Shown here: positions 7,880 to 11,045 of the stretch, in pieces
How the letters are laid out: each line of letters begins with the position of its first letter
How positions within the stretch are numbered: the first letter of the stretch is position 1
NCBI GenBank assembly: GCA_016222805.1
Contig: JACRQG010000024.1
Span: 1-11,045 of the forward strand
Source of the DNA: Verrucomicrobiota bacterium
Lineage (GTDB): Bacteria > Verrucomicrobiota > Verrucomicrobiia > Opitutales > Opitutaceae
Reading direction: 5' to 3'
Length of the DNA stretch: 11,045 bases
Notes under the pieces: model-generated
Told to the model about the DNA's origin: nothing
Database searches by the model: none
The model's input: only the letters and a program-made list of their open reading frames with translations
Program-made: the position numbers and the translations under genes

Positions 7880-8854
7880 TCAGATTTCCCCATCCCGCAC
7901 GCGGAGACAGGCGTGAAGGTGTCCGGCCGCGATCGGAGTGAGTTCCGGTCGCCGGGTCTCGCAGGAGGCGACGGCGGATTCGCAGCGGGGCGCAAACGGG
8001 CACCCGGGGAGCGACTTTGAGAGGTCCGGGGGCAGGCCGGGGATGGTGTAGAGTTCAGCCCCCTTGGGCTGAAGCCCCGGAATCGACCGCTGCAGCGCGC
8101 GCGTGTAGGGGTGCTTGGGGGAGTAGAAGATCGAGCGGGTGTCGGCGGTCTCGACAATGCGGCCGGCATACATCACCTGCACGCGGTCGCAGAGTCCGGA
8201 GACCACCCCGAGATCATGAGTGACGAAGATCACCGCCATGCCGATCTCGCGCTGCAGGCGCTGAATCAACTCGAGGATTTGCGCCTGGACGGTGACGTCG
8301 AGCGCCGTGGTCGGCTCGTCGGCAATGAGTAGTTCGGGCCGGGTGATCAGGGCCATGGCGATCATCACGCGCTGTCGCATACCCCCGGAGAACTCGTGCG
8401 GGTAGAGGTGGATGCGGCGCGCCGCGTCGTTGATGCCCACGGCCTCCAGCATGGCAACGGCGCGGCCCAGGGCCTCCTTGGCGGCGACTTTTTCATGCAC
8501 CCGCACGGCCTCCGTCAGCTGGTCCGAGATTCGCAGGTAGGGATTGAGCGAAGTCATCGGATCCTGGAAGATCATCGAGATCCGGCGTCCGCGGATGTCG
8601 CGGAGGCGGTCGGGGGCGCATCGCAGGAGGTCGATGCCGTCGAATTCCGCCACGCCGCCTTCGATGCGCCCGGGAGGCTGCGGGATGAGCCCCAGGATCG
8701 AGTAGCAGGTGACGGACTTGCCCGAGCCGGATTCGCCGACGATTCCCAAGGTTTCGCCGCGTTCGAGCGAGAAACTCACGCCGTCCACGGCGCGGGTGAC
8801 GCCGTTGCGCGTGTGAAAGCTGGTGCGGAGGTCGTTGACGCGGAGGAGGGGCAA
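7880..8854 (-). CDS. Oligopeptide/dipeptide-type ABC transporter ATP-binding protein, OppD/DppD-like, 324 aa, TTG start
   Basis: Motifs: Walker [11 protein letters not shown]-loop MIFQDP, signature [15 protein letters not shown], Walker [14 protein letters not shown]-loop FVTHDL. C-terminal [12 protein letters not shown]...[15 protein letters not shown]...HAC. No in-frame ATG exists between the distant track start (9511, which overlaps the upstream gene out of frame) and the Q-loop. The only sensible initiator is TTG at 8854 (caa 8852-8854), giving (M)[17 protein letters not shown], the usual OppD N-terminus. TGA at 7880-7882, 17 nt before the next ATG. Confidence 0.85.
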   Translation of the reverse strand: MPLLRVNDLRTSFHTRNGVTRAVDGVSFSLERGETLGIVGESGSGKSVTCYSILGLIPQPPGRIEGGVAEFDGIDLLRCAPDRLRDIRGRRISMIFQDPMTSLNPYLRISDQLTEAVRVHEKVAAKEALGRAVAMLEAVGINDAARRIHLYPHEFSGGMRQRVMIAMALITRPELLIADEPTTALDVTVQAQILELIQRLQREIGMAVIFVTHDLGVVSGLCDRVQVMYAGRIVETADTRSIFYSPKHPYTRALQRSIPGLQPKGAELYTIPGLPPDLSKSLPGCPFAPRCESAVASCETRRPELTPIAAGHLHACLRVRDGEI

Positions 8855-8897
8855 GAGCGGAGGAAGCGGAGGGAAGAAGACTGGAGGAGGAAGGCGG
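8842..8897. repeat. 56-nt homopurine/homopyrimidine tract (about 89% purine on + strand) spanning the OppD-like start
   Basis: Hand count gives 50 of 56 bases as A/G on the + strand. GGAGG occurs 6 times inside the tract (starts 8842, 8845, 8859, 8868, 8883, 8886) and once more at 8913. The minus-strand mRNA therefore carries 7 CCUCC pentamers within about 76 nt around the TTG start at 8854. Confidence 0.6.
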
Positions 8898-8931
8898 CTC
8901 GGAGTGGCAGGCGGAGGTTGGAATCGATCGG

Positions 8932-10842
8932 CTACGGGCGGGCGGGGTGCAAGAGTGGACGCAGGGCGGCGAGCACCGTGCCAGCCTCCAGGCGGGAAAG
9001 ATCTCCTCCGCCGGTCGGGCCGGCATCGGGCGCCTTGAGAATTGTGCACGGGGCGGAGAAGACCGGGCCGGTGCGGAGCGGATTCGTCGGGCCGAACAAC
9101 GCCACGAGCGGCACGCCGAGTGCATTGGCGAGGTGCATGCCTCCCGTGTCGTTGGTCACGAGGGCGCGGCAGGCGCGGAGTTGGGCGGCAAAGGCCGGCA
9201 GGTCGGTTTGCCCGGCAAGGTTGACCACCCGCTCCGGGGCGAAGCCGGCGACCACGGCGTCGGCGATCGGGCGGTCCCTGGCGGTGCCAAAAACGGAAAA
9301 TCGCACCTCTGGCAGGGATTCGATCAACGTTCGCCAGGCGGGCACGGGCCAGCGTTTCTCCGGGGTGTTTTCCGAACCGGGAATCAGCCCGACCACCGGG
9401 GGGGCGCCTACGGCCTCGACATCCGGAGGCGTCGCCAGCGGTGCACGATCGATCGGGACCTCGAGTCCGAAGTGCCGGAGGAGACATTCCCACAGCTCCA
9501 GTTGGTGCCATCGGGACTCGTCGAAATCGGGCGGGACCCGGAAGGCATGGCTCAACAGCGGTCGCGGGCGGCCTCGCCGCACCATCCCGAAGCGCTGCCG
9601 GCAGCCGGCGAACCGCGCTTCGAGATCGCCGCGCACCGAGTTGGTGAACAGGAGCCAGACGTCCGGGTATCGCCGGCGGAGTTTTCGGAAATGCAGCAGG
9701 TAATCGAGTCCGCGGGCCGGGAGAGGATGGAGCTGGTCAGCCACACCCCATGCCTGCAGGAGTGGCAGAAACTGCGACTTGGCCACCAGGGTGATTTCCG
9801 CGTCCGGTCGACCGGCCCGCAGGGCGCGCAGCAGGGGCAGGGCCATGACGACATCGCCGAGCCAATTGGGCAGTCGGATCCAGATCCGCGTTCTTCGCGG
9901 CAGGGCCGGCAGCCCGCGGGCCGCGAGCTCGGCCGAAAGCAGGTTGCGCTTGGCTTCGAGGCGGAAACGCCGCGTGGGCATGTCCTGGTTGCGCCAGCGA
10001 TCGTGGGCCCACAGCCAGGAGGCGCAAAGGTTGTCGTTGGCGGACAACAGACCCTCGAGCCAGCGATTGAGCCCGAGCGTGACGGCCTCGCTGGTGCCCG
10101 CATGCGGAATGGCCTCGGCGTCGAGTTCGAGGCGCCAGAAACCCAACCGTTGCGGAAACACACCGTAGACTCGGGCCTGGAACTTCTCGGCCATGAGGCC
10201 GGGGAGTTCGGTGGTGGAGCAGACGCGGCCCAGCAAGGTCGTGAGCGCGCCCTGCATGCCGGCGTTTTGATCGAAGAGCACTCCGACGAAACCCTGGCGG
10301 CGGAGGATCTTCAAAGCCTCAGCGAAGCCCTCCTTGCGCGAGAGCAGCCGCATGCCAAAACGCTCGCGCGACGTTTGCACGAAACGATCGGCGGCGGGTT
10401 GGTCGAGCGGACGGAAGATGATGCCGAACTCCGGGAACGGCTTGGGCAGGAGGAGCGGCTGCACCGTCTGGGTTTCCCAGTAGGCCAGGTGCGGCGAACA
10501 GAACAGCGTCGCCCGGGGCTCGGCGGCGTGCCGAAGGTAAAGGGCGCGGAGCGCGGCGGAAGGCTGCGCAATCGCGCGCAGCCGTGATTCCGACAGAAAC
10601 GGCGTCGCGAGGGAGAGGAGCCCGGTCTCGACCAGGCGCCGGCAGCTTTCGCGGCCGATGGCGCGGTGCCAGTCCGAGGGACGCTCCGGGAAAGCGTGAT
10701 GAAGATTCGAGAGCACGAGCCGGCGCCGGCGCGGCAGGGCAAAGAAGATCAGGTCACCCAGGAACGCGGCAAACCAGCGCAGCACACCCTCCGGAGTCCG
10801 GGCAGCCAGCCAGCCGAAGAACTTGAGGGAGAAAAGCACCAC
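8932..10842 (-). CDS. Fusion protein: LpxL/HtrB-type lipid A (Kdo2-lipid IVA) late acyltransferase domain + glycosyltransferase family 9 (heptosyltransferase-like) domain, about 636 aa
   Basis: One open frame (track 8932..11022). N-terminal half: membrane anchor FFGWLAA, SNLHHAFPE, catalytic HX4E dyad HLAYWE (10474-10491), VLFDQNAG, and the family-typical end WLWAHDRWRN. C-terminal half: GT9 motifs IWIRLPNWLGDVVMALPLLRALR, GLIPGSENTPEKRWP, VTNDTGGMHLANALGVPLVALFGPTNP. TAG stop at 8932-8934. Start uncertain: the track start at 11022 is TTG and there is no ATG. The first 60 codons have lower GC3 (about 68% against about 85% downstream) and rare AGA/CGA codons, so I prefer GTG at 10842 (or 10839). 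Confidence 0.85.
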   Translation of the reverse strand: MVLFSLKFFGWLAARTPEGVLRWFAAFLGDLIFFALPRRRRLVLSNLHHAFPERPSDWHRAIGRESCRRLVETGLLSLATPFLSESRLRAIAQPSAALRALYLRHAAEPRATLFCSPHLAYWETQTVQPLLLPKPFPEFGIIFRPLDQPAADRFVQTSRERFGMRLLSRKEGFAEALKILRRQGFVGVLFDQNAGMQGALTTLLGRVCSTTELPGLMAEKFQARVYGVFPQRLGFWRLELDAEAIPHAGTSEAVTLGLNRWLEGLLSANDNLCASWLWAHDRWRNQDMPTRRFRLEAKRNLLSAELAARGLPALPRRTRIWIRLPNWLGDVVMALPLLRALRAGRPDAEITLVAKSQFLPLLQAWGVADQLHPLPARGLDYLLHFRKLRRRYPDVWLLFTNSVRGDLEARFAGCRQRFGMVRRGRPRPLLSHAFRVPPDFDESRWHQLELWECLLRHFGLEVPIDRAPLATPPDVEAVGAPPVVGLIPGSENTPEKRWPVPAWRTLIESLPEVRFSVFGTARDRPIADAVVAGFAPERVVNLAGQTDLPAFAAQLRACRALVTNDTGGMHLANALGVPLVALFGPTNPLRTGPVFSAPCTILKAPDAGPTGGGDLSRLEAGTVLAALRPLLHPARP

Positions 10843-11045
10843 GCGGAGGCATGGTGATGCCGCACCCCCGGTTGCCGAGGCAATCCATCTTCTCGCCGGG
10901 GGCGACAAACGCGGCGGCCCGCGGACAGGGAGAGGCTTGGGACGATTTCGCAGGATCAGGTCGAGTTGGGAGGGCGGCGGCGGGCAAGGTGCGGCGCCGC
11001 TCGCACGGTGGGATTCCACCAAAAGGTTGGACCGGTCCGAGTCGG

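Noticed and set aside
8855-9511. N-terminal extensions of the track ORFs: 8855..9511 for the OppD-like gene, 7863..8003 for OppF-like, 4749..4949 for the haem protein, 1747..1899 for the MCP, 10843..11022 for the fusion.
   Set aside because: The extensions are Arg/Pro-rich low-complexity sequence. They precede well-defined family N-termini or signal peptides. The OppD-like extension would overlap the upstream gene by about 580 nt in another frame. The fusion-gene extension shows lower GC3 and rare codons.
11005-11022. ggtgggattccacca near the window end, resembling a tRNA/tmRNA 3' end with CCA.
   Set aside because: The putative T-loop is too short (GGTGG-gattc-CACC) and there is no upstream cloverleaf. 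The resemblance is probably coincidental.
1-11045. Looked for CRISPR repeats, long direct or terminal inverted repeats, transposase/integrase/recombinase genes, toxin-antitoxin pairs and defence-system signatures.
   Set aside because: I found none. The only internal DNA similarity I noticed is between the two paralogous ATPase genes, for example ggatcctggaagaCcatc at about 7555 versus ggatcctggaagaTcatc at about 8559, encoding the shared FQDP Q-loop. Composition appears uniform by eye, with no obvious island-like shift.

Overview
High-GC (about two-thirds G+C by eye) bacterial chromosomal segment, almost fully coding. I can support nine protein genes. I found no rRNA, tRNA or tmRNA gene, no CRISPR array, and no transposase, integrase or phage-like gene. 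From left to right: (-) a methyl-accepting chemotaxis protein; (-) an ~896-aa signal-peptide protein with a beta-propeller-like body and a C-terminal mono-haem cytochrome c domain, an architecture I associate with Planctomycetes/Verrucomicrobia; (+) rpoZ, an intrinsic terminator, smpB and trmL. A co-directional minus-strand cluster follows: an LpxL-type lipid A acyltransferase fused in one ORF to a GT9 heptosyltransferase, then an OppD-like ATPase (non-ATG start), an OppF-like ATPase, and a small proline-rich signal-peptide ORF. None of the nine start codons has a Shine-Dalgarno motif; the leaders are C/U-rich instead, which fits a PVC-type organism (inference). Overall this looks like ordinary housekeeping and envelope DNA, not a defence island or mobile element, and I see no clear novel system. 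The observations most worth a second look are the acyltransferase-GT9 fusion, the permease-less OppD/OppF-type ATPase pair placed between an LPS gene and a secreted ORF, the CCUCC-rich homopyrimidine leader at the OppD-like start, and the large uncharacterised haem protein. The many long ORFs antisense to these genes are high-GC shadow frames.
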